Source of the DNA: Candidatus Roizmanbacteria bacterium
Lineage (GTDB): Bacteria; Patescibacteriota; Microgenomatia; UBA1406
Assembly: GCA_024654535.1 (NCBI GenBank)
Contig: JANLHL010000038.1
Coordinates: 315,824-379,823 of the forward strand
Length of the DNA stretch: 64,000 nt
Reading direction: 5' to 3'
Below the pieces are notes generated by a model. It was not told where the DNA came from. It saw only the letters and a list, made by a program, of their open reading frames with translations, and did not search any database. Made by a program: the position numbers and the translations under genes. Of this stretch, positions 35,024-44,358 are shown piece after piece. The stretch's first letter is position 1; every line of letters starts with the position of its first letter.

Positions 35024-36266
35024 TATAAAAAAGCAAGCTATTGAGGCAATACGCGAAAAGTTAATTGGTAGACAAATTACATATGATCAGGCGTACGCTA
35101 TTATGTATTCATTCTCGAATAACCTACTTGGAGAGATATTTGTCGCATATTTTGCAGCAGCTTCATTTAAGGGTGGTTTTAATGATGACGAGTTGTATTT
35201 TTTAACGAAAGCCATGGTTGAAACAGGAAATAAGCTTTCGCTGAAGGGAGTTGTTGCAGATAAGCATTCAATTGGGGGCATGCCGGGTACACGTACTACG
35301 CTTGTTATAGTACCAATCATTGCTGCTGCAGGCTATCTTATACCAAAGACTTCGTCACGCGCCATAACGACTCCTGCCGGGACTGCAGACTGTATGGAAG
35401 TACTAGCTCCTGTTGAATTTGAGGTTGCACAAGTCGAGCGTATAGTGCATAAAACAGGAGGTTGTATTATTTGGAATGGCATGCTTGGTTTAGCTCCAGC
35501 TGACGACATTATCATTCGTGTAGAAAAACCACTTGCATTTGAATCTTTCGATAAAGTAATAATATCTATTCTTGCCAAAAAGATAGCAGCATCTTCACAA
35601 TTTATGGTTTTGGATATTCCTGTAGGACCAACAATGAAAATTCGACATGCAACTGATGCTATAGCGTTTAAAGATAAATTTACTCGAATAGCTTCTCGTT
35701 TCGGACTGCAAGTAGAAGCCGATATTAATTATCAGCGAGAACCTGCAGGTTTTGGCATAGGTCCAGTATACGAAGTTCGTGATGCCTTGGCGGTATTAGA
35801 ACAAAATAAAACAAGATCACATGATCTAGAGTACAAGTCAGTGAAATTAGCTACAAAATTGCTCGAAATGTGTTTTAAGGCAGATAAACGAACACAAGAC
35901 GCAGGGAGTTTAGTCCGTACTATTCTTAGCTCAGGTAAAGCGCTGGAAAAGCTGCGCGAAATTTCACAAGCACAGGGCGGTCGGGGTGATTTTTCAAGTA
36001 ACTCATTGCCTAAGTCACGCTATAGTTTTGAGGTCAAAGCTCCGCGAAGCGGTACAATTTCGGGAGTAAATAATTATTATATAACTGCAATTGCAAAAGT
36101 CTTAGGCGCACCTCATGAGAAAGTTGCAGGCATGATTCTTGTTAAGAGGTTTGCAGAAAAAGTTGCTAAAAACGAGACGTTGTATATAATGCATACAAAT
36201 AAACAAGTTGCCCTGAAAGAGGCAATAGAAACAGCGCGCTATATGCCAATTTATACTATAGAATAA
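35004..36266 (+). CDS. Thymidine/AMP phosphorylase family protein (archaeal-type motif set)
   Basis: DKHSIGGMPGTRTTLVIVPIIAAAG..PKTSSRAITTPAGTAD. It overlaps the murJ 3' end by 20 nt. Confidence 0.8.
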   Translation: MKKNTIDIKKQAIEAIREKLIGRQITYDQAYAIMYSFSNNLLGEIFVAYFAAASFKGGFNDDELYFLTKAMVETGNKLSLKGVVADKHSIGGMPGTRTTLVIVPIIAAAGYLIPKTSSRAITTPAGTADCMEVLAPVEFEVAQVERIVHKTGGCIIWNGMLGLAPADDIIIRVEKPLAFESFDKVIISILAKKIAASSQFMVLDIPVGPTMKIRHATDAIAFKDKFTRIASRFGLQVEADINYQREPAGFGIGPVYEVRDALAVLEQNKTRSHDLEYKSVKLATKLLEMCFKADKRTQDAGSLVRTILSSGKALEKLREISQAQGGRGDFSSNSLPKSRYSFEVKAPRSGTISGVNNYYITAIAKVLGAPHEKVAGMILVKRFAEKVAKNETLYIMHTNKQVALKEAIETARYMPIYTIE

Positions 36267-36267
36267 A

Positions 36268-36483
36268 ATGCTATTTAAAACATTAATTGCACCACTTCAA
36301 CAATGGCTTATGTCGCAAGGTAAATGTGTAGGCTGTGGTAGAGAGCTGAGTGCAGCGGAACATAAAAAACATGGGAAAAATGAGGAATTAGTTTACTGCC
36401 AGTGTAAACGTATATATATGTTTTCTAAAAGTAATAAAGCGTATCGGCGTGCTCTCATTGAGGAACTTCCGAAAAATGCATGA
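36268..36483 (+). CDS. Small Cys-rich (zinc-ribbon-like) protein, 71 aa
   Basis: CVGC...(19 aa)...CQC. Tightly packed between the phosphorylase gene and mltG, with a 4-nt overlap with mltG. Confidence 0.4.
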   Translation: MLFKTLIAPLQQWLMSQGKCVGCGRELSAAEHKKHGKNEELVYCQCKRIYMFSKSNKAYRRALIEELPKNA

Positions 36484-37445
36484 AAAAATTTCGTACATCT
36501 ATTTTTTTTTCAATACCCTTCTTATTTATAGTTTTTTCTTTGTTGTGGTATCGTGAAGGAACTCTTCCTGTAAATACGGTAAAGAAGGAGAATATGGTTT
36601 TTGTTGTGCGTCAAGGAGAGACCGTAGCCCAAATTGCTCGAAATTTAGAAAACGCTAACTTTATTCGTAATAGGATTGTTTTTTATCTTACGGTTAAGCG
36701 ATTAGGTATAGAAAAATCTATTCAGGCTGGTACTTTTCGTCTTTCACCAAGCATGAATGCGAAGGAGGTTGCAACAGAACTTACTCACGGAACGGAAGAT
36801 ACCTGGGTTACTATCATTGAAGGTTTACGAAAAGAAGAGGTGGCTGCTATTGTAGTCGATAAAATTGGGATTTCTGCTCCTGTCTTTGTGAGCGAAGCAC
36901 CCGAAGGGTACCTATTCCCAGATACGTATCTTATGCCGAAAGATGCAACAGCGAAACAGATTATAGAAATAATGAAAAAAACGTTCGACACTAAAGTGAC
37001 TGATGATATACGCAAAGCCGCTAGTCAGCGTGGTTTGACGCTTGACGAACTTGTGACTTTTGCATCGCTATTAGAGAGGGAAGCACGTTCGTATGAGGAA
37101 AAACGTATGATTGCAGGAATTTTATTCAATAGATTAAATGAAGGCAAGCCCCTTCAAGTCGATGCTACTGTACAATATGCGCTTGGATACGATGATAAAA
37201 GCAAAACATGGTGGAAGAGGAATTTATCTTATGATGATTTGAAAATTGATTCACCGTACAATACGTACGTCAATGTTGGATTGCCACCAAGTCCAATAGC
37301 AAACCCTGGTGTAGATTCTCTGCTCGCTGTTGCATATCCAAAGGAATCTAATTATCAATTTTATATAACCGGTGATGATGGAGTTATGCGTTACTCAACT
37401 ACTTACGAAGAACATTTGGATAAAGTCGATAAGCATATTCAATAA
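36480..37445 (+). CDS. mltG: Endolytic murein transglycosylase MltG (YceG-like)
   Basis: N-terminal TM, EGYLFPDTY, ASLLEREA, LQVDATVQY, PYNTYVNVGLPPSPIANPG. Confidence 0.9.
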   Translation: MKKFRTSIFFSIPFLFIVFSLLWYREGTLPVNTVKKENMVFVVRQGETVAQIARNLENANFIRNRIVFYLTVKRLGIEKSIQAGTFRLSPSMNAKEVATELTHGTEDTWVTIIEGLRKEEVAAIVVDKIGISAPVFVSEAPEGYLFPDTYLMPKDATAKQIIEIMKKTFDTKVTDDIRKAASQRGLTLDELVTFASLLEREARSYEEKRMIAGILFNRLNEGKPLQVDATVQYALGYDDKSKTWWKRNLSYDDLKIDSPYNTYVNVGLPPSPIANPGVDSLLAVAYPKESNYQFYITGDDGVMRYSTTYEEHLDKVDKHIQ

Positions 37446-37462
37446 TATAGAAACTTCAATAT

Positions 37463-38320
37463 CTACTTTCTAGTTCGTATTTCTTCAAGGAGCTGCTTTT
37501 CTTTTCCTGAAACATGAGTAGGTATTGTTATACGCACGACAATATAAAAATCACCTTTTTGATTTGCCCTTGGGTAGGGGAGACCGAACCCACGTAAACG
37601 TATTACAGTGTTTGGTTGTGTTCCTGGTTTAATTCTCGTTTTTACTTTCTTTTCAAGCGTAGGAATCTCAACCGTTGTCCCAAGTATTGCGTCGGCATAG
37701 TCTATATGCAGCTCATAGTAGAGATCTTGACCTTCGCGTTGATATAATTTACTATCTTCAATTTCAACGAGAATATCAAACTCGCTGAAACGTATACGAG
37801 TACCGCTGCTGACACCGGCTGGAATCTTTACTCGTTTCGTCTCATTGTTTATTTTAACTGTTTTTTCTATCCCTCGCGCCGCTTCTATAAAAGTGAGCTC
37901 CATACGGTAAATAGTTTTTTGTTGTCGCGGAGGAGTACGTGAACCAAAAAAACTTTCGAAAATATCAAACGGATTGTTAAAGTCGCCGCCAGAGTAACCG
38001 CCTTGTGAAAAATCCTTAAAAAAATCTCCGACGTCTCCGTAGTTATATGAGTATTGAAATGGGCCTTGCTGACCACCCGCTGGTCCAGCTTGGCTACCTA
38101 CACCTGCATGGCCGAGTCGATCATACTGTGCCTTTTTATTTGCATCAGACAGAACTGAGTATGCCTCATTGATCTCTTTAAATTTTTCTGTTGCGTGGGC
38201 AGCTTTGTTTCTGTCAGGATGCCACTGTAACGCAAGTTTACGATATGCTCGTTTTATTTCATCATTGTTGGCACTTTTTGCCACACCAAGAACTTCGTAA
38301 TAATCTCGCTTCGTAGCCAT
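37463..38320 (-). CDS. dnaJ: J-domain co-chaperone, class B (CbpA-like; no zinc-finger domain)
   Basis: J domain with HPD (YRKLALQWHPDRN), a G/F-rich region and C-terminal substrate-binding domains. The protein contains no cysteine. Confidence 0.85.
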   Translation of the reverse strand: MATKRDYYEVLGVAKSANNDEIKRAYRKLALQWHPDRNKAAHATEKFKEINEAYSVLSDANKKAQYDRLGHAGVGSQAGPAGGQQGPFQYSYNYGDVGDFFKDFSQGGYSGGDFNNPFDIFESFFGSRTPPRQQKTIYRMELTFIEAARGIEKTVKINNETKRVKIPAGVSSGTRIRFSEFDILVEIEDSKLYQREGQDLYYELHIDYADAILGTTVEIPTLEKKVKTRIKPGTQPNTVIRLRGFGLPYPRANQKGDFYIVVRITIPTHVSGKEKQLLEEIRTRK

Positions 38321-38323
38321 GTG

Positions 38324-40225
38324 TTAGTTAACGACTTCTCCTTCTTCTGGTTCTTGATCCTTCACATCTTTCTTTGCATCGGTTCCTGTTTTTTCTTTAT
38401 CATCTGTTTCGTCTTTCTTCTCTTGTTCTTCATTTTTTGAATACATTTCCTGTCCGATTTTTTGCAGTGCCTCACTGAGAGCAGTCGTAGCTGTTGTAAT
38501 AGCCTCTTTGTCGTCTTTATCTTTGACAGTCTTCAGCTCATCGATCTTCTTTTGAATATCTTCTTGTAGCTCTTTTGGTGCCTTTTCCTTAACATCTTTT
38601 AATGTTTTTTCAGCAGTGTACGCGAGTGCCTCTGCTTGGTTGCGTGCATCGATAAGCTCTTTTGCTTGTTTGTCTTCAGCTTCATGTTCTTCAGCTTGTT
38701 TTTTCATTTTTTCTATCTCTTCATCAGATAGTCCTGTTGAACCGGTTATTTTTATACTTTGTTCTTTGCCCGTTGCCTTATCGTGTGCAGTGACAGTGAG
38801 AATACCATTTGCATCAATATCAAACTTCACCTCAACTTGTGGAACCCCTCGTGGAGCTGGAGGTATTCCTTCCAAGATGAATCTTCCCAGTGACTTATTA
38901 TCTTTTGCTAATGGTCTTTCACCTTGTAGAATGTGTATTTCCACAGATGTCTGATTATCTGCTGCTGTACTAAACACTTCCGATTTAGAACTTGGTATCG
39001 TCGTGTTGCGTTGAATAAGTGGCGTTGTGACACCTCCTAATGTTTCCACTCCTAACGTTAGTGGTGTAACATCGAGAAGTACGACGTCTGAAACTTCACC
39101 GCCAATAACACCTCCTTGTATTGCTGCACCAACTGCCACGACTTCGTCTGGATTTACTCCTCTATGTGGTTCTTTGCCAAAATACTTTTCAACTTCTGCT
39201 ATGATCTTTGGCATACGTGTCATACCTCCAACAAGAACAACTTCGTGAATTTCTTTTGTGGAAACTCCAGCGTCTTTCATACAGGCCTTTACCGGTGCGA
39301 AGGTTTTTTGCACTAAGTCATCAACGAGTGACTCAAATTGAGCACGGGTCATTTTGGTCACAAAATGAATAGGTTGATTATCTTTAACAGTGATAAAAGG
39401 TAAGTTTATCTCGGTTTCGGTTGTGGACGATAGCTCTATTTTTGCTTTTTCCGCAGCATCTCGTAAACGTTGTAACGCTTGAGGATCTTTTCTCAGGTCT
39501 ATTCCATTTTCATCCTGAAATTTTTTCGCAAGATGGTCGATCACTACCTGGTCAAAATCATCACCGCCTAAGTGCGTATCGCCATTTGTTGCCTTAACTT
39601 GGAAGACGCCCTCACCGAGTTCGAGTACCGTTATATCAAATGTACCACCACCAAGATCATAGACGACTATATGGTGACTATTTTTTTTGTCTAACCCATA
39701 CGCGAGCGATGCTGCCGTTGGTTCATTAATGATACGTTCAACCTTAAGACCTGCTATTTCACCAGCTTGTTTTGTTGCTTGTCTTTGTGCGTCGTCAAAA
39801 TAGGCAGGTACGGTAATTACCGCTTTGTCCACCGTGTCACCAAGATAAGCTTCTGCATCTTTTTTGAGTTTTTGTAAAACCATTGCAGAAACTTCTTGTG
39901 GAGTGAATGTTTTTCCATCTATTTCGATTACAGCCATACCGTCTCGGCCCTCTTTGATTGTATAAGGAAGCCATTTCATATCGCGCTGTACCGATTCATC
40001 TTTAAACCTTTTTCCCATAAGTCTTTTTACTGAGAAGATGACTTTTTGAGGATTCATTACGAGCTGGCGTTTTGCTACATCACCGACAGTTCTTTTTGTT
40101 GGATCTACTACAGATGGTGTTGTATTTTTACCTTCCGCATTCGGAATAACTTTTGGTTTTCCGCCTTCCATAACTGCCATACACGAGTTTGTTGTTCCGA
40201 GATCTATACCTATTATTTTTGACAT
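38324..40225 (-). CDS. dnaK: Chaperone DnaK (Hsp70)
   Basis: [28 protein letters not shown]. Confidence 0.97.
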   Translation of the reverse strand: MSKIIGIDLGTTNSCMAVMEGGKPKVIPNAEGKNTTPSVVDPTKRTVGDVAKRQLVMNPQKVIFSVKRLMGKRFKDESVQRDMKWLPYTIKEGRDGMAVIEIDGKTFTPQEVSAMVLQKLKKDAEAYLGDTVDKAVITVPAYFDDAQRQATKQAGEIAGLKVERIINEPTAASLAYGLDKKNSHHIVVYDLGGGTFDITVLELGEGVFQVKATNGDTHLGGDDFDQVVIDHLAKKFQDENGIDLRKDPQALQRLRDAAEKAKIELSSTTETEINLPFITVKDNQPIHFVTKMTRAQFESLVDDLVQKTFAPVKACMKDAGVSTKEIHEVVLVGGMTRMPKIIAEVEKYFGKEPHRGVNPDEVVAVGAAIQGGVIGGEVSDVVLLDVTPLTLGVETLGGVTTPLIQRNTTIPSSKSEVFSTAADNQTSVEIHILQGERPLAKDNKSLGRFILEGIPPAPRGVPQVEVKFDIDANGILTVTAHDKATGKEQSIKITGSTGLSDEEIEKMKKQAEEHEAEDKQAKELIDARNQAEALAYTAEKTLKDVKEKAPKELQEDIQKKIDELKTVKDKDDKEAITTATTALSEALQKIGQEMYSKNEEQEKKDETDDKEKTGTDAKKDVKDQEPEEGEVVN

Positions 40226-40241
40226 AGTATTAAATTAATTG

Positions 40242-40751
40242 TTAATTAGTAATATTTTCTGCTTTAGTAGTAACGCTAACTGTCACTTTTGCTACCCGAA
40301 GAAGTTCACCGTTGAGTAAATACCCTTGTTCATGCACTTGAAGTACAATATTATCTTTTTCTCCTGGTTTGGTTTGTATGCATTCCATTGTATCAGCAGA
40401 AAATTCTTTACCTTCTATTTCCATTTTTTCAACACCAAAGGTACGTAAAATATCTTCGAACTTTTTCTTTACTAGTTTTAGACCCTCATTTTCTTCAAAT
40501 AAAGAGGCGTTATCTATATCGTCCTTAAGGCTTAAAAACGTTGTTATTGTCCTTTTTTGAATATCGAATAGTGCACGCATTTTCTCTTGAGTAAGTCGGT
40601 TTTCAAGATTTCTATAATCTGCAAGTGCACGTAGATATTTGGCATTGCACATTTCTAAATCTGTTTGCAATTTTTGTATCTGTTCTTGAGCTTTATCGTT
40701 TTTTATCGGTGTTGTTTTTTTATTCTGTTGCATCTTTGTTAAAAACTTCAT
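40242..40751 (-). CDS. grpE: Nucleotide exchange factor GrpE
   Basis: Coiled-coil N-terminus (YLRALADYRNLENR) and C-terminal beta domain. The start is ambiguous (40751 or 40733); both overlap the hrcA stop. Confidence 0.85.
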   Translation of the reverse strand: MKFLTKMQQNKKTTPIKNDKAQEQIQKLQTDLEMCNAKYLRALADYRNLENRLTQEKMRALFDIQKRTITTFLSLKDDIDNASLFEENEGLKLVKKKFEDILRTFGVEKMEIEGKEFSADTMECIQTKPGEKDNIVLQVHEQGYLLNGELLRVAKVTVSVTTKAENITN

Positions 40752-41478
40752 TTATAATACGAGCACTGTAATTAACTAATGGAACTGCGGACGAATACTC
40801 TAATCTGCAAGGGCCGATAAGTCCGATGAAGCCGTTCTTATTATTTATGGTGAAACGAGAAAATACACTTCCAAGATTTTGAAACTGTTTTACGTGATAG
40901 TCGTCACCGAGTAGTATAGATATTTCATCTTGGTTTTCTACGAGGTCGGGTAGCACTTTGAGCCAGTAATCAATGTCATCTAAGTAAGTAAAAACCATCT
41001 TCGATAGTTCGTAATCCAGAAATTCCTTTATCGCAAGCATATGATTAATTCCGGTATAGTAACGAAAACCACTTGCAAGAAATACAATAGATAACATATT
41101 CGATTTTTCAGACAATATCCGTGCAGTTTCTTCTAAGAAACGCATTTCATCATTTTTAAAATCCCATACTTCATTTTTCATAGATACCTCGTCCGCTGTA
41201 CTGAGAGGTTTTTTTGGTAAGAGTGTATTGATATAAAATCGGAAGGCTTTCGGGGTTGGTATACGACCTGATGAGAAATGAGATTTCTCAATAAATCCCA
41301 TTTTTCCTAAAACCACCATTTCATTTCGTATAGTGGCAGGAGAATAGCCCACCTTGAATTTTTTTTCAAGCAATTCCGAACCTACTGCATTACCAGAGGT
41401 AATATATTCGTCCACCACTGCCTTCAAGATTTTGATTTGTCGGTCAGTCATTTGATTTAGTTGCTGTGTGGTATCCAT
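40720..41478 (-). CDS. hrcA: Heat-inducible transcription repressor HrcA (short form, 252 aa)
   Basis: Winged-helix N-terminus LTDRQIKILKAVVDEYITSGNAVGSELL. The start is set to the ATG at 41478, 7 nt after the -10 box; the alternative is the ATG at 41451. The ORF-track TTG at 41514 lies in the -35 box. Confidence 0.85.
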   Translation of the reverse strand: MDTTQQLNQMTDRQIKILKAVVDEYITSGNAVGSELLEKKFKVGYSPATIRNEMVVLGKMGFIEKSHFSSGRIPTPKAFRFYINTLLPKKPLSTADEVSMKNEVWDFKNDEMRFLEETARILSEKSNMLSIVFLASGFRYYTGINHMLAIKEFLDYELSKMVFTYLDDIDYWLKVLPDLVENQDEISILLGDDYHVKQFQNLGSVFSRFTINNKNGFIGLIGPCRLEYSSAVPLVNYSARIINEVFNKDATE

Positions 41479-41504
41479 TAGCAATAGTATAGATCGACTG
41501 CTAA
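41478..41504 (-). promoter_or_regulatory. CIRCE operator (HrcA binding site)
   Basis: Minus strand reads TTAGCAGTC-GATCTATAC-TATTGCTAA, against the consensus TTAGCACTC-N9-GAGTGCTAA (15 of 18 arm positions match). Its last A is the A of the ATG at 41478. Confidence 0.75.
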
Positions 41505-41514
41505 ATTTTGTCAA
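41486..41514 (-). promoter_or_regulatory. hrcA operon promoter: TTGACA-17-TATACT
   Basis: -35 TTGACA (41514-41509), 17-nt spacer, -10 TATACT (41491-41486), then 7 nt to the ATG. CIRCE covers the spacer, the -10 box and the start. Confidence 0.65.
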
Positions 41515-41529
41515 GGCTTTCTGGGAATT

Positions 41530-42123
41530 TTATCTCAACAGTCTTGTACGCCCAAGTACATAGTGAGGATCGGTAAGATTTCGCTTCCCAATAAGTTTTG
41601 CGGGGACCCCGCCGACAATCGAGAAAGGCTCTATGTTTTTCGTAACGACTGCACCGGCGGCCACTATTGCACCTTTTCCAATAGTTACTCCGGGCAAAAT
41701 GATTGCACGCGGACCGACAAACACATAATCTTCAATAGTCACTCGGCTGTCAATAGCAGAGAAAGTAGGCGAATGTATATCATGTTGAGAGGTATATATC
41801 ATTACACCAGAGGCAATATCAACATGATTTCCTATTGTGAGACCACCCCGAGTGTCTAGGGTCGCAAATTCTCCAATAATTGAATCGTTTCCAATGTGTA
41901 AACCGCCGAGTGAATAAAAAATAGCATGCGTATGAATCGTGCTGTTTTTCCCTATGTGGTAGCCTGCAAGTAAATATGCGATTTTTCTGAGTGAATGAAA
42001 AGGCAAGTACCCAGCACAGTTTATTTTAAATAGTGCAAGCTCCTCGTAGAGTGCATATAGGCGTCTTTTTACCTTATTTATAAACTGAATCATGGTAAGT
42101 GGCTGACCATCTTTATCTTTCAT
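41530..42123 (-). CDS. Hexapeptide-repeat (left-handed beta-helix) acetyltransferase
   Basis: Repeated [LIV]-G-x4 units (IGKNSTI, IGNDSII, IGNHVDI, IGKGAIV), with an N-terminal helix as in WcaF/Maa-like enzymes. Confidence 0.75.
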   Translation of the reverse strand: MKDKDGQPLTMIQFINKVKRRLYALYEELALFKINCAGYLPFHSLRKIAYLLAGYHIGKNSTIHTHAIFYSLGGLHIGNDSIIGEFATLDTRGGLTIGNHVDIASGVMIYTSQHDIHSPTFSAIDSRVTIEDYVFVGPRAIILPGVTIGKGAIVAAGAVVTKNIEPFSIVGGVPAKLIGKRNLTDPHYVLGRTRLLR

Positions 42124-42256
42124 AAGTTTATGTATAGTAATAGGTTATATGTTTATTATACCAATAGCAAACCATACATATAATTAATCGTATAGATTCT
42201 TATATCAAGAGTGATGAAGTTATAGTATTGTTTACAGCAGTGTATGTTCGATCAAA

Positions 42257-42265
42257 TGGTACAAT
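42257..42265 (+). promoter_or_regulatory. Extended -10 TGGTACAAT, 9 nt before the uvrB ATG at 42275
   Basis: TGGTACAAT-atgtgttcc-ATG. The first ATG (42266) abuts the -10 box and is therefore unlikely to be used. Confidence 0.55.
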
Positions 42266-42274
42266 ATGTGTTCC

Positions 42275-44302
42275 ATGAGCACACTATTCAAACTCGTATC
42301 TGACTTTACCCCAACCGGCGATCAACCTCAGGCTATAGTTAGACTCACAGAGGGAGTTAAACAAAAGCAACAAGATCAGGTGTTACTCGGCGTGACTGGG
42401 TCGGGTAAAACGTTCACCATGGCGAACGTGATTGAGCGAACAAACCTGCCGACACTTGTCATTTCCCATAATAAGACGCTCGCTGGTCAACTCTATCAGG
42501 AGTTTCGTGATTTCTTTCCTAAGAATGCAGTTTCATATTTTGTTTCGTACTACGATTATTACCAACCAGAAGCATATATTCCGCAATCAAATACCTATAT
42601 AGAAAAAGAGGCAGAAATAAACGAGGTAATAGATAAACTTAGGCTTAAAAGTACCAGTAATATTTTAACGAGAAAAGATGTTGTGGTTGTGTCATCAGTA
42701 TCGTGTATATATAACATTGGAAAGCCAGAAAATTATCGTTACTACACAATCGAGCTTACAAGAGGGCAAGAGTATGTACGCTCAGATCTTTATAAGCGAC
42801 TCGTAACATTGCAATACTCACAATCGCAATTTGAGTTTAAGCGAGGAACGTTTCGAGATAGAGGTGATAAATTGGATGTATTTTTGTCGTATGAAGACGT
42901 AGCGCTCCGAATACTATTTTCTGGTGATGTAATCGTTAAAATGCAAAAAATAGATCCACTCACTGGCAAAGTAATGGAAGAGTTGGAAACGTTCACTATT
43001 TATGCTGCGAAGCATTATCTCACCGGTGGTAAACAGTGGAATGATGTGTTTATACGTATACGAAAAGATCTTGAGAAAGAAGTTGAGGTCCTTGAAAAGA
43101 GCAAAAAAATGATAGAAGCAGATCGGCTCAAAAAGCGTGTGCTCAATGATCTTGAAATGATAAAAGAAGTGGGATATGTAAACGGAATCGAAAACTACTC
43201 GCGATATTTCGATGGAAGAAAACCGGGCGATCCTCCGTATAGCTTACTTGATTATTTTTCCTATAGTTATGGAAACGAGTGGCTCCTAATAATAGATGAG
43301 TCGCACATGACGGTACCACAAGTGAGAGGAATGTATAATGGTGACGCAAGTCGTAAGAAAAATCTTGTTGACTATGGATTTCGTCTGAGGGCGGCACTTG
43401 ATAATAGACCGCTTATGTTCGATGAATTTTTACAAAAAAAGCCTCGGACTGTATACGTATCTGCGACACCAGCAGAGTGGGAAGTAGATCGAGCAAAAAA
43501 ACAGATAGTTGAGCAACTTGTGCGACCAACCGGCATTCCCGATCCGCAAATAGCAGTGCGACCAATAGAAGGGCAAGTGCAAGATTTGATTAGAGAAATA
43601 GAAATACGTGCCAAGAAAAAAGAGCGAGTATTGGTAACGACGCTGACCAAACGTACCGCTGAAGACTTAAGTAGTTACCTTGCCGACAAAGGAATACGCA
43701 GTCAGTATTTACACTCAGATATTAAAACGCTTGAGCGATCAGATATACTCGAGCAACTGCGCAGAGGAGAATATGATGTGCTCATAGGCGTTAACTTGCT
43801 GCGCGAGGGTATAGATATGCCCGAAGTAACACTTGTTGCGATACTTGACGCTGATCGTGAGGGTTTTTTGCGAAGTAGAACAGCGTTTATCCAACTCATG
43901 GGCAGAGCATCACGAAACATATTTGGGGGAATCATAGTGTATACCGATAAAATGACTACTGCACTATCTCAAGCCATTTCAGAGGTGGTAAGACGTCGCA
44001 CCTATCAGTTGAACTACAATAAAAAACACAATATTACGCCAACCACGATATATAAACCTATACGTACGAAACTGGTATTAGAAGATGATACAGACGGACT
44101 GCGTGGTATAGTCGATATGGGAAGTGCGTATGTAGGTACAGATTTAGATAAAATTGCCGCAGATGCATTGACCACATTTGATAAGAAAAAATTGCTTCGG
44201 ATACTAAAGCGCCAAATGAAACGAGAAGCTGATAATTTGAATTTTGAGCTTGCAGCACGGATACGCGACAAAGTTAAAGAACTAGAGCGAGTGGATCATT
44301 AA
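42275..44302 (+). CDS. uvrB: Excinuclease ABC subunit B
   Basis: MSTLFKLVSDFTPTGDQPQAI aligns with the canonical UvrB N-terminus. GVTGSGKTF, DESH, helicase motifs and a C-terminal UVR domain are present. Confidence 0.95.
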   Translation: MSTLFKLVSDFTPTGDQPQAIVRLTEGVKQKQQDQVLLGVTGSGKTFTMANVIERTNLPTLVISHNKTLAGQLYQEFRDFFPKNAVSYFVSYYDYYQPEAYIPQSNTYIEKEAEINEVIDKLRLKSTSNILTRKDVVVVSSVSCIYNIGKPENYRYYTIELTRGQEYVRSDLYKRLVTLQYSQSQFEFKRGTFRDRGDKLDVFLSYEDVALRILFSGDVIVKMQKIDPLTGKVMEELETFTIYAAKHYLTGGKQWNDVFIRIRKDLEKEVEVLEKSKKMIEADRLKKRVLNDLEMIKEVGYVNGIENYSRYFDGRKPGDPPYSLLDYFSYSYGNEWLLIIDESHMTVPQVRGMYNGDASRKKNLVDYGFRLRAALDNRPLMFDEFLQKKPRTVYVSATPAEWEVDRAKKQIVEQLVRPTGIPDPQIAVRPIEGQVQDLIREIEIRAKKKERVLVTTLTKRTAEDLSSYLADKGIRSQYLHSDIKTLERSDILEQLRRGEYDVLIGVNLLREGIDMPEVTLVAILDADREGFLRSRTAFIQLMGRASRNIFGGIIVYTDKMTTALSQAISEVVRRRTYQLNYNKKHNITPTTIYKPIRTKLVLEDDTDGLRGIVDMGSAYVGTDLDKIAADALTTFDKKKLLRILKRQMKREADNLNFELAARIRDKVKELERVDH

Positions 44303-44309
44303 AATACCC

Positions 44310-44325
44310 ATCACTTTCTAGTGAT
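44310..44325. promoter_or_regulatory. Perfect palindrome ATCACT-TTCT-AGTGAT at the -35 position of the uvrA promoter
   Basis: 6-bp arms with a 4-nt spacer, 8 nt after the uvrB stop and 16 nt before the uvrA -10 box. It could be an operator or a weak uvrB terminator hairpin. Confidence 0.3.
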
Positions 44326-44340
44326 GTTTTAGGTATTTTC

Positions 44341-44349
44341 TGCTATACT
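44341..44349 (+). promoter_or_regulatory. Extended -10 TGCTATACT, 9 nt before the uvrA ATG
   Basis: TGCTATACT-agatccttc-ATG. Confidence 0.55.
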
Positions 44350-44358
44350 AGATCCTTC

